64,000 nt of DNA from Chrysomallon squamiferum (Eukaryota; Animalia; Mollusca): positions 3,534,001 through 3,598,000 of the forward strand of contig CM022673.1 of NCBI GenBank assembly GCA_012295275.1, given 5' to 3'. This document shows, piece after piece, positions 1-13,512 of this stretch (position 1 is its first letter; each line of letters opens with the position of its first letter). The position numbers and the translations under genes were made by a program. The notes below the pieces were generated by a model, which saw nothing but the letters and a program-made list of their open reading frames with translations, was not told where the DNA came from and did not search any database.

Positions 1-83
<83 letters not shown>

Positions 84-361
84 AAGCTTTGGTATATGTT
101 TTCCAGCTAATAAGAACAAATATCTTTGGTAACAATATGTTTTCCTGAGTTTCAGATATAATGGAAAATAATCAGTCAACTGGGTAAAAGAGAGAAAGAG
201 ACAGACAAATATCAAGGGAGTTCCCATGAATTAAACATTTATATGTATTTTCCCGTTACACAGTTTTTCTGAATGGAAAATACATATATACATAAATATA
301 TATATAATTTGTACATTTTGTTAACAATTTTTGCTCTTTTGTATTTAATTTCAAAACCAAC

Positions 362-565
362 CTTTATCAGCGCTAAGGATACTTCTTGCTCGGCAAACAG
401 TTTTCCGAGACACCGTCTCTTGCCGAAGCCGAACGGCAGGTAGGTAAAGGGACGCAACCTCATCTTGACGTCGTTCCGCAGCCAGCGTTCCGGCCTGAAG
501 CGCTGAGCGTCCTGCACGAACTCCTCACACTGAGACGTCAGGTCCGTGTGAATCCCGAAAAACGT
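362..565 (-). CDS. Cytochrome P450 exon 8 (PERW meander and heme-binding Cys); the final exon lies left of the window
   Basis: FRPERWLR and PFGFGKRRCLG (FxxGxRxCxG); ttgcag acceptor, gttgg donor at 361, phase 0. Confidence 0.96.
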
Positions 566-571
566 CTGCAA

Positions 572-686
572 TCATTATTATTATTGTTGTTGTTATTGCT
601 ATTATTATTATTAGTTATTATTGTTATTATTATTATTATTGTTATTATTATTGTTATTATTATTATAAGAATTATTATTATTATTA

Positions 687-725
<39 letters not shown>

Positions 726-745
726 GTTTATTATTAGTATTTATT

Positions 746-787
<42 letters not shown>

Positions 788-794
788 ATCATCA

Positions 795-875
<81 letters not shown>

Positions 876-920
876 GTTATTATTATTATTATTATTATTA
901 TTGTTGTTGTTGTTATTATT

Positions 921-992
<72 letters not shown>

Positions 993-1018
993 GTTATTAT
1001 TATAGTTGTTGTTGTTGT
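572..1018. repeat. Compound (TTA/TCA/TTG)n microsatellite abutting the P450 exon 8 acceptor
   Basis: Direct reading. Confidence 0.97.
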
Positions 1019-1020
1019 CG

Positions 1021-1254
1021 GATAGACCAGACTGGCCGCTTTATACTCGAATTTTCGAATTAATTTTTTTTTTTTCGTCGATGTTTTTCTATTACCGCCG
1101 CGAAACAGTTCAGCCAGACATAAAAGTTAATTGTACAGTTTGTTAACAGCAAAGCCGAGTTGCGTGATTTTACGTCGACGCTGACCCCGTGTACAACGTC
1201 ATGGTTGACGACGTAAGGGTTTGTATGTTGTTGTTGTTCCATAACCACATGCAT
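1021..1254 (+). mobile_element. Internal fragment of the same MITE family in P450 intron 7
   Basis: Closely matches 13601-13833 in direct orientation; no TIRs; bounded by (TTG/TTA)n and (CA)n tracts. Confidence 0.8.
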
Positions 1255-1501
1255 AATCACACACACAAATAAACACGCACGCACACACACACACACGCGC
1301 ACACACACACCTACACATAAACACACACATACACACACTAATACACACACGCACACACAAACACGCACACACACACAAACAAACACACACACACACAGAA
1401 AACCTATAAAATGTATATATCTATTTTACAAAATATGTGTATGTGTGTGTATGTAATAATTTTGTAAGGAATTTATGTGTGTATATATGCGTATATACAA
1501 T

Positions 1502-1532
<31 letters not shown>

Positions 1533-1586
1533 TTGTAAATGCATGTGTGTGTGTATATTCACAAAATGAGAGAGAGAGAGAGAGGG

Positions 1587-1672
<86 letters not shown>

Positions 1673-2135
1673 TTTAATAATATATAATAATATATAAAAC
1701 GTATAAAATAATATATGCACATCGCTATATTTCACCTCAACGTTTTCGAATATTTTTCCCATTTATTATCAATAAATTTTAATAACTGTCTCTTCACGTA
1801 AACAAAATTACCCGAACGTGTTATTTTAATAAAAAAAACTTGCCTTTTCTGCACTTACTCGGTTTTAACAGTTGCTCTGTGCATTAACAATGAACAAAAT
1901 ACCTATGCGCGTTCTCAATAATATGCTGCCTTTTTGAACGTAACGAAAAGGTTCATTTATCTTTTTATTATTATTATTATTATTATTAATCGTCAAAACA
2001 TTGTGCAATGTAACTCTCCCGATTTTCAAAGGCCAAAAGCGGAGGTGCACAGTTCGACATTTTCAAAGGTAAAGCGTCAGCATTTCTACTTTTGTACATG
2101 TTTTTGTGTTTATTTATGTTCGAAAAGACGCTTAC

Positions 2136-2214
2136 CCCAGCGGGTACCCTGTAGCCACTCAAAACGAGGTCACGCGTACTGGTCCGGCCGTTACCCCCGG
2201 TCACTGGAAGATAT
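2136..2214 (-). CDS. Cytochrome P450 exon 7
   Basis: YLPVTGGNGRTSTRDLVLSGYRVPAG; accag acceptor, gtaag donor; phase 2 to 0. Confidence 0.95.
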
Positions 2215-2829
2215 CTGGTCACAAAAAAAAATATATATATATATATATTTAAAAAGAAAAAAACGTAATCAAAATGTTTTAATAGTTATTTTCATCATCA
2301 TCATTTACTATTACTGTTATTATTTATTTAGTCATTCATTCATTCTTTTATTTTTTTATTCGTTTGTTTACTTACTTACTTACTTATTTACATAGGTATT
2401 TACTTAATGATTATATTTTATTATATTTTATTTATTTATTTTATTTATTTATTTATTTATTTATTTACTTACTTTGTTTTATTTATTATTTTATTTTATA
2501 TTATTTGTTTTATTATATTGTATTGTATTTTATTTTGTTAGTTAGTTAGTTAGTTATGTTCCTTGTCTTTTTCTTCTTTTTTTAAATTTATTTATTCTTT
2601 TTTTAAAATTTAATTTCTAAAAACAGTCATTTTTGAATAAAATAAACTAAACTATTTTCTAATCATTTAAGTCGTACATAAAATCCAGCTTGTTAATGTT
2701 TCATTTTATTTCAAATTTTATTTTCATCTTATCGAAATGTATTTCAGTGTCACTAATCGGTCTTTATTTTGTTTCTTACAAAATTATTCATAAACTGTGA
2801 TTGTTGTTATAGTTCTAAAAATAGATTAC

Positions 2830-2996
2830 CTCAAACTTTCTTTGATTACAGCTCGTAGATACGGCATTTTGTCGAGACTCTCCGACAACACACGAGACTT
2901 GTCGGGAAGAACGTCGTCAATCTCCGTTTTCAGTCGGTCCATGACAGCCGGATGTTTACAGAGGCTATACAAGGTGAAGCCGAGGAAATGTGATGT
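2830..2996 (-). CDS. Cytochrome P450 exon 6 (J/K helix, ExxR)
   Basis: TSHFLGFTLYSLCKHP...KMPYLRAVIKESLR; tttcag acceptor, gtaat donor; phase 0 to 2. Confidence 0.96.
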
Positions 2997-3023
2997 CTGA
3001 AACAAAGTAAAATAGAAAGAATG

Positions 3024-3080
<57 letters not shown>

Positions 3081-3263
3081 CTCTCGCTCCGTTACTCATT
3101 TTCTCTTTTATTTTTAATTATACTATTTTAATTTTTCTTTACTGGACAATATCGAATCTCAACCAATTTCTTTAAATAAATCCTTCAGTTATTTATATTA
3201 TTATCATCCTCATCATCATCATCATCATCATCATCAACATCATCATCATCACTGTCATCTAAC

Positions 3264-3420
3264 CGTGTCGACGCCGCCGAAGAAAAGCTCTGTGATGAAG
3301 GTGAGCACTTGTTGTTCTGACAGCGAGGTTTCTTTTAGCAGATAGGGTATCAGTTTTTCATCTCCCGCGGGTCCTTCTGGTTTCTCCTTTAAAAGTTCTC
3401 GTGCGAATTTCAAAGCGATC
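3264..3420 (-). CDS. Cytochrome P450 exon 5 (I-helix)
   Basis: RIALKFARELL...ITELFFGGVDT; ttcaag acceptor, gttag donor; phase 2 to 0. Confidence 0.95.
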
Positions 3421-3888
3421 CTTGAAAAACAATTAGATTTTAATCATGATAAAATGTTATTTGTTATTCTTTTTTTTTTTTTTGTTGTTGTTCCTTGCAT
3501 ATATAAATTTATTTTAACAACAAATAAATAAAAAAATATAATTTTAATAATAATAGTAATAATGATAATAATTACAATAATAATAATATTACTTATAATA
3601 ATAATAACAACAACAACAACAACAATAAGAATAAGAATAATTACAATAATAATTCTATTACTTCTAATAACAATAGCAACAATAACAAGAAGAACAACAA
3701 AAATGATGATGATGATGATGTGGATTTAGACGATGATGATTTAGGTTATGATGAAGAGGAGGTGGCTGATTACAATGACAACGACCACCGTGATGATGTT
3801 GATGATGATTGACAATGATAATTACAATGACGAAGACCATTTTCAAACTATGTACCTGCTACCACACTGTTAGTATAAACAACCACAC

Positions 3889-4090
3889 CTTTTAATGGAG
3901 TCCTGTGCTTTTTTGAACTTTCTAAACAGCGGGGTATCAAAATACAGGAAGAGAAACCAGCTGCCGAACTCTTCGTGTGTCGCCGCCATCACGTCGTTCA
4001 CCGCCATGATGAAGGTGTGAGCATCGCTGTCAACGGCGCATGCGTCGTCGAGAACCCCAACGCGTCTGTTGAAGCAGACCAGACCTATAG
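3889..4090 (-). CDS. Cytochrome P450 exon 4
   Basis: Absent from the ORF track; AIGLVCFNRRVGVLDD...FDTPLFRKFKKAQDSIK; ttacag acceptor, gtgtg donor; phase 1 to 2. Confidence 0.93.
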
Positions 4091-4751
4091 CTGTAATTAA
4101 TGAACTGTAGTTAATTAATTTGCCCCTGGATACACGATTACTGGCAGTCGTGAAATAAACTGATGAGTATCAGAAAGAAAGATGCGTGAAGAATGTGTAC
4201 AAACAGTTTAATGAGAGAAAAACAAACAGACAGAGAGATAATTATAGACTTTAAGCGAGATAAACGAGATATTTGTTTTCTGGCCAAGATTTAAATGACT
4301 GAATCTCGAGCGAATTGGGACCCACGTTTCAAACTGGGAATAGAAGAGAAATAAAACTTATAATAGCAAACATTTCAAGCGTTAAAAAATGAATTTGAAA
4401 TAAATTTAAAAAAAAAATAAAAAATATTGCCTCGAGGCGGTTGACGGTGTTGTGTGTCAAAGTTTTTTATGTTGGAGAATTTCTGTCATAAACGTCAGCT
4501 GCCAAACGAACAAGTTCATTAATGAAGAGTCGTGACAGGCAACGTTTTGTTGCTGTTGTTGTTGTTATTGTTGTTTTAGAGTTGTTATTCCTTGTTTTGT
4601 TTCTTCTTGTTGTTCTTGTCATTTGTGATAATTTCTTTTTAGAATGTTTAAATTTATTTTATTTTTTAGATGGGGAGTTAAGCTACATTTCTCTCTTGAA
4701 ATGGAGTTTGTTTCTCATTGTGAATAACGTAAATAAAAAATATGTGTATAT

Positions 4752-4833
<82 letters not shown>

Positions 4834-5891
4834 TTTTCTATAGATATCTTTCTTTTGTTTTCTTTTTTCCTGATTTTAAAGAATGACATAAACATAAAGT
4901 ACATACTGGAACATGAGATGTTCATATTTGTATTCTTATTTTTTCATGTGTTTTAGTGAAATAATGTCTCACGTAGACTTATTTTGAATATGATAGCTGA
5001 GTATTACATTGCTGCAGTTTTGATATTTATTTGTTTAAATTTCATTTCTTCTTTCATTATTTTAAAAGAAAGAAAGGAGCTTGAAAAGAAAGAAAAAAGG
5101 ATAAAGAAAGAAAGAAAAAGACAACAACAAATAAAACTGCTGACTTAATGAGACAGATTATTGTCATTATGGTTTTCCCTTTGTTGTTCCTCGGGTATAA
5201 ATTTTTTAATTATTTTTTTAAATAAAAAGTAAATAAAAAGATACAACAGAAATAAACTTGCATAAACTCTTATCCTGAAAGCAGAACAAAAAAGTAATCG
5301 CAAAAGCCATTAGAGCATTTTTTTTTTAAATGCGTTAAAATTTTATAGCAAATTGTATAAACTATACAATAAAATAAAATATAACAAAACAAACAAACAA
5401 ACACATAAATAAATAAATAAATAAAGTAAAATAAAATAAAATAAAATAAAATAAAATAAAATAAAATAAAATAAAATAAAATAAAAAATATAATCAAATA
5501 CAAAATAAAATAAATACAAAAATAATATATAAATAAGCTTTCCCTTTTTCTAAAGCAAATCAACAAATACAAAGCAACAACAACAACAACAAAAATGGAC
5601 ATTAAAATTTTGGTTAATCAATAAAGTAATTTTTCTGACACATCAAAAGAAAAAGCCAGGTGCTTTCTGTGTTTACCCTGACGAATCAGGTTACAAAATA
5701 AAAAAAGATTATGCAACAGCCTGTTTCTCACACTGAGTCTTAACGCCTGGTATTATTATTTTATAGACTGTGGGAAAAACGTACAATGTATTCCTATTAC
5801 AAATAACCTGTCTTCGCAGCTATTTGCTGGAGAAAGGTGAGATGATGGTCTTTCTTTTCTAAGACGAAGATTTGCTTCTTTTTTGATATAT

Positions 5892-5930
<39 letters not shown>

Positions 5931-6647
5931 CACATTTTTAAAAATAACACCATCACGGCGCCATACTTTATCTTCGTTTTTTTTCTTGTCGTTATTATTT
6001 TTGTTGTACATAGTGGAATAGTAGTTATAGTGATAGTGGTACTACTAGTAGTAATGTTGGTGATAGTAATAGTAGTAGAAGATGTACTAATAGTAGTAGT
6101 AGCAGAGGTAGTAACTGTTGTATTAGTAGTAATAGATGTAGTAGTAGTAGTAATGGTTGTAATAGTAGTAGTAATAGCTGTAGTATTATAGAGGTAGTAA
6201 CAGTAGTAGCAGTAGTAATAGTAGTAGTAGTAGTAACAGTATTATTATTATTTTTAGTTTTTTATATATATATATATATATATTTTAAAGTGGTATGGCC
6301 TATTTTTCATCCTTTTCTTTAAAATAAGCTTTTTTTTTATTGTGTTTTTTTTTTTTTTTTTTTTTTTTTATGTCGGCTGGATTTGGGTTTCAGATGTTGC
6401 ACTGGCTTGTGTCATTTGTTTCCCCCGTTGTATGTATGTCATATAAATTTGGGGTGTTTCTGTTGTTTTTTTTTTTTTTTTTTGGTGTTTTAATTTAATT
6501 TTAATTTCTTTTTATTATTTTTTTAATGTGGGTTTTTTAAATAGTTTGATAGAGAAAGATGAAACATAGTTTTAGTTAAAACACATTTTAATTTACGTTC
6601 ATCTTCATCATTATCATCATCACCATCATCATTATCATTATTATTAT

Positions 6648-6700
<53 letters not shown>

Positions 6701-6791
6701 CCAATTTCTAATTTAAATTGTTGAAACTAATGCTTTCTAAAAATGTATTTATATTTATTGTACATTTTTTTCTCTTCTTTTTTTTTTTTAC

Positions 6792-6982
6792 CTTCTGTTG
6801 AATATCTGTACAACTGCGGCAGTATATCATCAACGACGTCATCATCATTTCGGTATTTTCGTATCCAGGTGACCAAGTCGTCCGCCACTGTCTGCTGCAC
6901 GTTGACGTGGGATCTGACAAATGTCGGGTGAGTTATTTTCTTCTGAACCTGAGAACGCACCTCGTACCAGTCCTCACCTTGG
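6792..6982 (-). CDS. Cytochrome P450 exon 3 (C-helix WxxxR)
   Basis: SQGEDWYEVRSQVQKK...LYRYSTE; ttctag acceptor (triplicated, see findings), gtaaa donor; phase 2 to 1. Confidence 0.95.
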
Positions 6983-7107
6983 CTAGAAACAAAAGAGAAA
7001 CCATTTTAAAACAATCTTCACCTTGGCTAGAAACAAAGAGAGAAACCATTTTAAAACAATCTTCACCTTGGCTAGAAACAAAGAGAGAAACCATTTTAAA
7101 ACAATCT
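6974..7107. repeat. Three tandem copies (44/45/45 bp) of the P450 exon 3 splice acceptor
   Basis: Unit tcaccttggctagaaacaaagagagaaaccattttaaaacaatct. Confidence 0.95.
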
Positions 7108-7946
7108 CAGTGATTTGATTTCAGTACAGGTACCGGATCGCTTGTTCAAGTTCCAGAGATCGGAAATTCCAGATAAGCGGTTTTTTCGGGGGGGAGGAGG
7201 TTTGAAGCTGGCTACTTTCAGGCGCTCATGGACGCAAATCTGAGTGAGAATGTTGCAGTGTGTACAGGTGAACCTATCACAGAAAGTTATTATTTGTTTC
7301 AGTTTTCTCTCCTTTTCATTCATCATAAAGTCTAAAAGACTAGCAGAAACACGCAAATTTTAAAAATTGTAAATGAATTAATAAAGATGAAACAGACCCT
7401 GCTTCCAAAAAAGAAATGTATCTTTTAAGTACATCTTCATTATTTATTTTTCGTTGTTTATTTGATATTGCAAGTAAAGATTCAGGCTGTGTCCAGAAAT
7501 CCGACAAAGTCACTAGCTTGACGGTTAAATGTGTTCGGTACCTGTATCCACTGTGACCTATTTCAACTTAACGTACCTTAAGTCTTCCTGGACACAAGAG
7601 CTTACAGTCTCTGTATACAGAACGGAATGTTATGGAACGAATGTTTCGGATATATCATTTCATTAGGAATGTTCAGAGCGTTAGAGAATATACTGACGAT
7701 AGCCTTCAAATAAATAAAATTAATATTCATAAAAAAAAAAGCATGTTAATATATAGATAAATATACTAATGAATAATCTGTTATTATTCATGACGGTCGC
7801 AACATAAAACAGTGTTAATAGTGAGTGATGTTGCTATGTCGTATGTTCTTCTTCTGTATGTTTTTCTGTAAGATCACTGCACAAATTACTGCTAGGTGTT
7901 TTTTTCTGACTGTTGTTTTTTCTTCGTATTAATTCGATAACCAACT

Positions 7947-8002
<56 letters not shown>

Positions 8003-8980
8003 ACAGCTCTATTAAAATAAATTATTGTATATGTTTAATTAATCACACGATTTAGAGTGTTATAAATTATGATATAAAATAAAGATACGACATTCTGAAA
8101 TATAATTTACATGAAACTCTGAAAAAGAAAAAAACCTTGGAAAACCCGATGCTAAAATCCTCTAATGTTCACAATTACTATAACAGCCATAAAGAAGATA
8201 TATTCTTTCATCTTTTTTTTTTATTCTTTTTTTTCTTTCTTTTTCGTTCTTTTGATTTTTTTTTTCTTTCGTTCTTTCTTTCTTTCATTATTCAAGAAAT
8301 GGCGTAAAAGCAATTTGTCATAGGACTGTAATTACCCATTGAGAGGCGCGGCTCAACGTCAAGACTATGTATTGTCACACGCTTACAAACACGTTTATAT
8401 GACGTCTACGGTATTACGTTACCGTTTTGGCGTTTCGTAATTGTGCGAATCACAACCGGCCGCTGCATTCAAACTGCAATTTATCCAGTTTTAATCTCAC
8501 CGCAGTTTAAAAAAAAAAAACTAAAAAAAAAACCAGACGTAAGATGATATAATGCTAGGAGGTTCTTGTTATTATTATCTTTTATAATTTATTCATCTTT
8601 TTTATTTATTGTTTGATTGTGTGTGTATGTCTGTATGTGTATGTGTTTGTGTGTGTGTGTGTGTGTCTGTGTGTCTGTGTGTTTGTGTGTTTGTGTGTGT
8701 GTGTGTGCGCGCGCGTTTGTTGTTTGTTGATATTTTCTGAAGGTAGATTTTGCCTTCTCTTTTTCTCTTGGCGACCCTAATTTTATGTGCTATTATTTAT
8801 TTATTTATTCTTCTTCTTCTTCTTCTTCTTCTTCTTCTTCTTCTTCTTCTTGGTATTAATTTATTTTCATGAATTTATTTATTTATTTTATTTTATAAAC
8901 ATCACTCTCATAATCATCATCATCATCGTCATCATCATCATCATTATTATTATTATTATTAGTTTTGTTTAAAGGCTTAC

Positions 8981-9215
8981 CTGCTAATTACGCCGCAGAC
9001 GTTGTTGTTATATTTTTCGTTATATCTTTTCATCATTAAGAACGCTTGTCTGATAGGATACTTTCCGTCATTTCTGAAAATAGTTTCTATATCTTCTGGG
9101 TTGAAAACATGAAGCACAGTCAAAAAGCCTGGTACGATGTTCTCCCGAATTATGTCACCGTACATCTCACGCAGTCGCCAAAATTTTTCTCGAAAGGGAA
9201 TTCCGTGAAGCGGGC
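8981..9215 (-). CDS. Cytochrome P450 exon 2
   Basis: tccag acceptor, gtaag donor; GPLHGIPFREKFWRLREMYGDIIRENIVPG...FNPEDIETIFRNDGKYPIR...GVIS; phase 1 to 2. Confidence 0.95.
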
Positions 9216-9219
9216 CTGG

Positions 9220-9273
<54 letters not shown>

Positions 9274-9545
9274 GCAACAACACAATCAACGACAACAACA
9301 ACAACAACAATAATAATAATAATAAAATTAAATTAATTAATTATTAGCATAAAAATACAAATCTCTGTGGATAAACATATATATACATACATTTAACATG
9401 ATCAAATGAATATTACGTAATTGCAAATAGGTGATTCCTTGAAAATCACACACACACACACATTAATATATATGTGTGTGTGATTATGTATATATAAATA
9501 TGTATGTATGTGTATATGTGTTATATTACACAATTAATATGACAG

Positions 9546-9547
<2 letters not shown>

Positions 9548-9603
<56 letters not shown>

Positions 9604-9640
9604 TATATGTATGTATGTATATATATATATACACAGTATG

Positions 9641-9672
<32 letters not shown>

Positions 9673-9810
9673 TGTATGTATGTATGTATGTATGTATGTA
9701 TGTATGTATGTATGTATGTATGTATGTACGTATGTATGTATGTATGTATGTATGTATGTATGTATGTATGCGTACGTATGTATGTATATATGTATGTATG
9801 TATGTATGTA

Positions 9811-9841
<31 letters not shown>

Positions 9842-9866
9842 ATGTACATGTACATACACACACACA
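9548..9866. repeat. (TA)n/(TATG)n microsatellite
   Basis: Direct reading. Confidence 0.95.
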
Positions 9867-10246
9867 CTCCAAGGGAGAGAGAGAGAGAGACGTTAAATGA
9901 CAGGTGTTTAATCTGGTTACGGCCTCACAAAGGTGACGTCTTAATCAACAGTGCAGTATTACAACACATCACCGCGTATTGCGATAAGATTTGATGTCGT
10001 TTTATCTTCCTGCAGTCATGAACTTGCATAATATGTCTGTCAGCTCTGCATAATCGTTATGCAAAATGTTGAGTTACTGGTACTGCTGTTTGTAATTTTA
10101 CAGACACAGTGGTATCGTTACAGTGATATTCTCGATTGGTGATATTATCGATGTAATCATAATATCGGCATGGCAATTATCGGTTCGTTGATGTTTGTAT
10201 TTGTGAGTGCGTGTTTTTGTATATGTGTATGTTGTTACTATTATTA

Positions 10247-10347
<101 letters not shown>

Positions 10348-10745
10348 TATTATTATTAGAAATACTTATACTGAAATAATTATTTTTCAATGTCAATTTT
10401 AAAATACTTTTGAGAAAAACAATGAAAACGGGTGACACCCACGCTGAATTTAGATGAATGTTATTTTTCATTTCATTAATGATGACGGCGATGAATAATA
10501 ATGATGAAAAAGACGATAGCTATAATGAAATGACAATGATGATGAAGATGGCATTGATCATGATTAATGTTGTGTTGATAATAATGACGATGATGGATGA
10601 AAAATTATGATGATGTCAAAAACATCATAATGTTTATGACGAAAAATAAACACAATGTCGATGATGACGTGTCGAAAATGATGACGAAAATAACAGTGAA
10701 AAGATGATGGTAATATGATAATAGTCGTAATAGAACCTACTGTAC

Positions 10746-10986
10746 CTCCTGGATAATACAGCCACTGTGTTCCAATGATGGGCAGAGCCCTTGGCCCTGG
10801 GATTTCTTCAAAAGGGCGTGGCTTAATGAGGCTCGCTGTGCTTGTTTTTAGCGGACACACCCCGGGGAGAGCCGCAGATCTTTCCGCGTCGCTCGAAGCC
10901 CCGGCCAAGGAACTGGGGTGAGTCTCCGATGTCGAGAAGTAACTCACCCTCGCGTTCAGTCTCCGCAGCAGGAGTTTTGACGTCAT
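10746..10986 (-). CDS. Mitochondrial-clan cytochrome P450, coding exon 1 of at least 9
   Basis: ATG at 10986; MTSKLLLRRLNARVSYFSTS is an Arg/Ser/Leu-rich transit-peptide-like N-terminus, followed by PFEEIPGPRALPIIG (Pro-rich P450 hinge); GT donor at 10745, phase 1. The 8 exons in the window total 1476 nt (492 codons) with all phases consistent. Confidence 0.93.
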
Positions 10987-11045
10987 GGCGTACAGTGTCT
11001 CTTACTGGAATGATGTAAATGATATCATTATTAATTAGTTAGTCA

Positions 11046-11395
<350 letters not shown>

Positions 11396-11594
11396 CTAAT
11401 ATACAGAAGTCAAAAACTATCACTTAAGATTGCAAATTATTTTCAAAAACGAAATAAGCAACAACAGCAATTACAAAATAATAATAATAATAACAATAAC
11501 AACAACAACAACAACAACAAATAACTAAGTAGGTAACTAACTAAATAAATAAATAAAATAAAAGAAATAAAATAAAATAAATTAAACGACTTAC

Positions 11595-11800
11595 ACGATG
11601 CTTATTGATTCTCATCACGAAATGAAACTTAATCTGTTTGCAGTCTGGTATCAAGTACAAATGACGACGTCTACGTATTTTCTTTCTCTTGCAAATAATG
11701 CATGAGAAAATAAAAATGTTGTATAATATATCACGGATGAGTAAACTAAATTAAAAAGCTGTATTCCGGATTCGTATTCGGAATGTACTCTGTGGCCGTT
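11595..11800 (-). other. Candidate non-coding 5' exon of the P450 gene
   Basis: The ATG exon has a ttccag acceptor 18 nt upstream of the ATG (11005-11006); the nearest perfect GTAAGT donor is at 11594-11589. The upstream boundary is a guess. Confidence 0.4.
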
Positions 11801-11862
11801 CCCGAAGCAGCAGATCGTGATTTTGTAATATTTTGTTGTGTGGCCCGATTCTGTGTTATTTA

Positions 11863-11899
<37 letters not shown>

Positions 11900-12263
11900 A
11901 AAAGTGACAACTGGACCAGAACAGGTGTGACATGAAATGATATAAAATTAATTTCAGCAAAATATTTATAGCTATGTTGTTGGTGGTGGTGGTGTTGTTT
12001 TGTTGTTATTATCGTTACTGCTGTTATTATTATTATTATTGTTATGTTGTTGTTGTTGTTAATGTTATTGTTGTTGTTATTATTATTGTCGTTTTCGTTT
12101 TGTTTTTTCCTTCATTTTTTTTCTATTAGTAATAGATTTATTTTTATGTGTGTTCATTTAATCAGTAATTCATTGATTTGTATGTTTAGTTAATTTGAAA
12201 TAAATAAAGAAAATAAATAAAGAAATAAATGGGATAAAAAAAAAAAAAAAAAAAAAAAAAAAA

Positions 12264-12450
12264 CAGGTGCGCCTAGCACACAGACACGCATGACCTTTCA
12301 GGTGTACTTTCATTTTGAAACGTCACGCGTTGTAGGTGTGGTCGTCTGTGACGTCATAAAATATTGATCTCTGAAACATTTTTGCTGAAATAGAGTAGGC
12401 CAAGGACACTCGTGTTTATGTGGTTAGCTAAGTACTCCAACGTCACGTGC
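12264..12450. promoter_or_regulatory. Motif cluster upstream of the P450: CRE palindrome, nuclear-receptor half site, E-boxes
   Basis: TGACGTCA 12349-12356, TGACCT 12291-12296, ACGTCACGTG 12440-12449 and two CAGGTG in a complex island between low-complexity tracts. Confidence 0.35.
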
Positions 12451-12658
12451 GGTATTCACATATATATATAAAAATATATACACACACCCTCACATACATT
12501 AGTGTGTGTCTAATATCTATTTATACTGCTTGACGACAAATTACACGTGCCACACAGCATAAACAAACTATTATTATCTCGAACAACGATGAAGGGCAGA
12601 TCCAGGATTTTGGAAAAGGGGGAGTGCGTGATTAAACGGTATGTAACTTTGAAGAAAA

Positions 12659-12689
<31 letters not shown>

Positions 12690-12733
12690 AAATGAATGGT
12701 TAAATAACTTTTTAAAATAACTTTTCAAAAACA

Positions 12734-12768
<35 letters not shown>

Positions 12769-13512
12769 ATTAATTATTTATTTTTATTTTTTTATTTATT
12801 TTATTTTATTTATTATTATTTTTTTTTTTTTTTTTTTTTTGTGGTTTATTTATTTATATATTTATTTAATTATTTATTTATAGGGGTATTTTTTCGGGAA
12901 TCTTTAATGATATTAATCGTAATTATATAATTAGGTTATTTATCTTTTTTATTACTAGATTAAGAAATATTGAACTGAACGTTACATATATTATAAAACT
13001 TTGTATCAAGAATTAAATATTCTTTGTTTATATGAAAATAAATTTAATTAATTAATTAATTAATAATAATAATAATAATAACAATAGTAATAATAATAAT
13101 ATAAATGATATTTACATTAATTTATTTATTTATTAATAAATTAATTTAATAAATAAATAAATAATAACAATAATAATAATATAAATAATAAATAAATAAA
13201 TTATTTATATTAATTAATTAATTAATTAAAATAATAAATGAATTTAACAAATAAATAAATAATATGACAATGAATGATAAATGAATTTAAATAATTAATT
13301 AATTAAAATAATAAATGAATTTAACAAATAAATAAATAATATGACAATGAATGATAAATGAATTTAACTAATTAATTAATCAATTAATATGAAAATGTGA
13401 ATAAAATAAAACCGAATATAATAATTAATAAATAACATTACTATTTTCAAATTTTTTTCGGACTTTTTAAATCGACTAAAAATTTGAAATTTCACTAATA
13501 TCAATACATTTA

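Noticed and set aside
386-1063. 225-aa plus-strand ORF and the many poly-I/Y/L, ER, SL, HT, CV and MYVC ORFs in the track
   Set aside because: Translations of microsatellites or antisense shadows of real exons; no domain signal.
1060-1254. Shared peptide [29 protein letters not shown] in ORFs near 1.1 kb and 13.7 kb
   Set aside because: Explained by two copies of a non-coding MITE; the flanking frames are not conserved.
4998-5010. TGAGTATTACAT, resembling the miR-12 5' end
   Set aside because: The match stops after 12 nt and there is no hairpin partner.
13215-13385. About 75-bp AT-rich tandem duplication
   Set aside because: Low-complexity slippage product with no sign of function.
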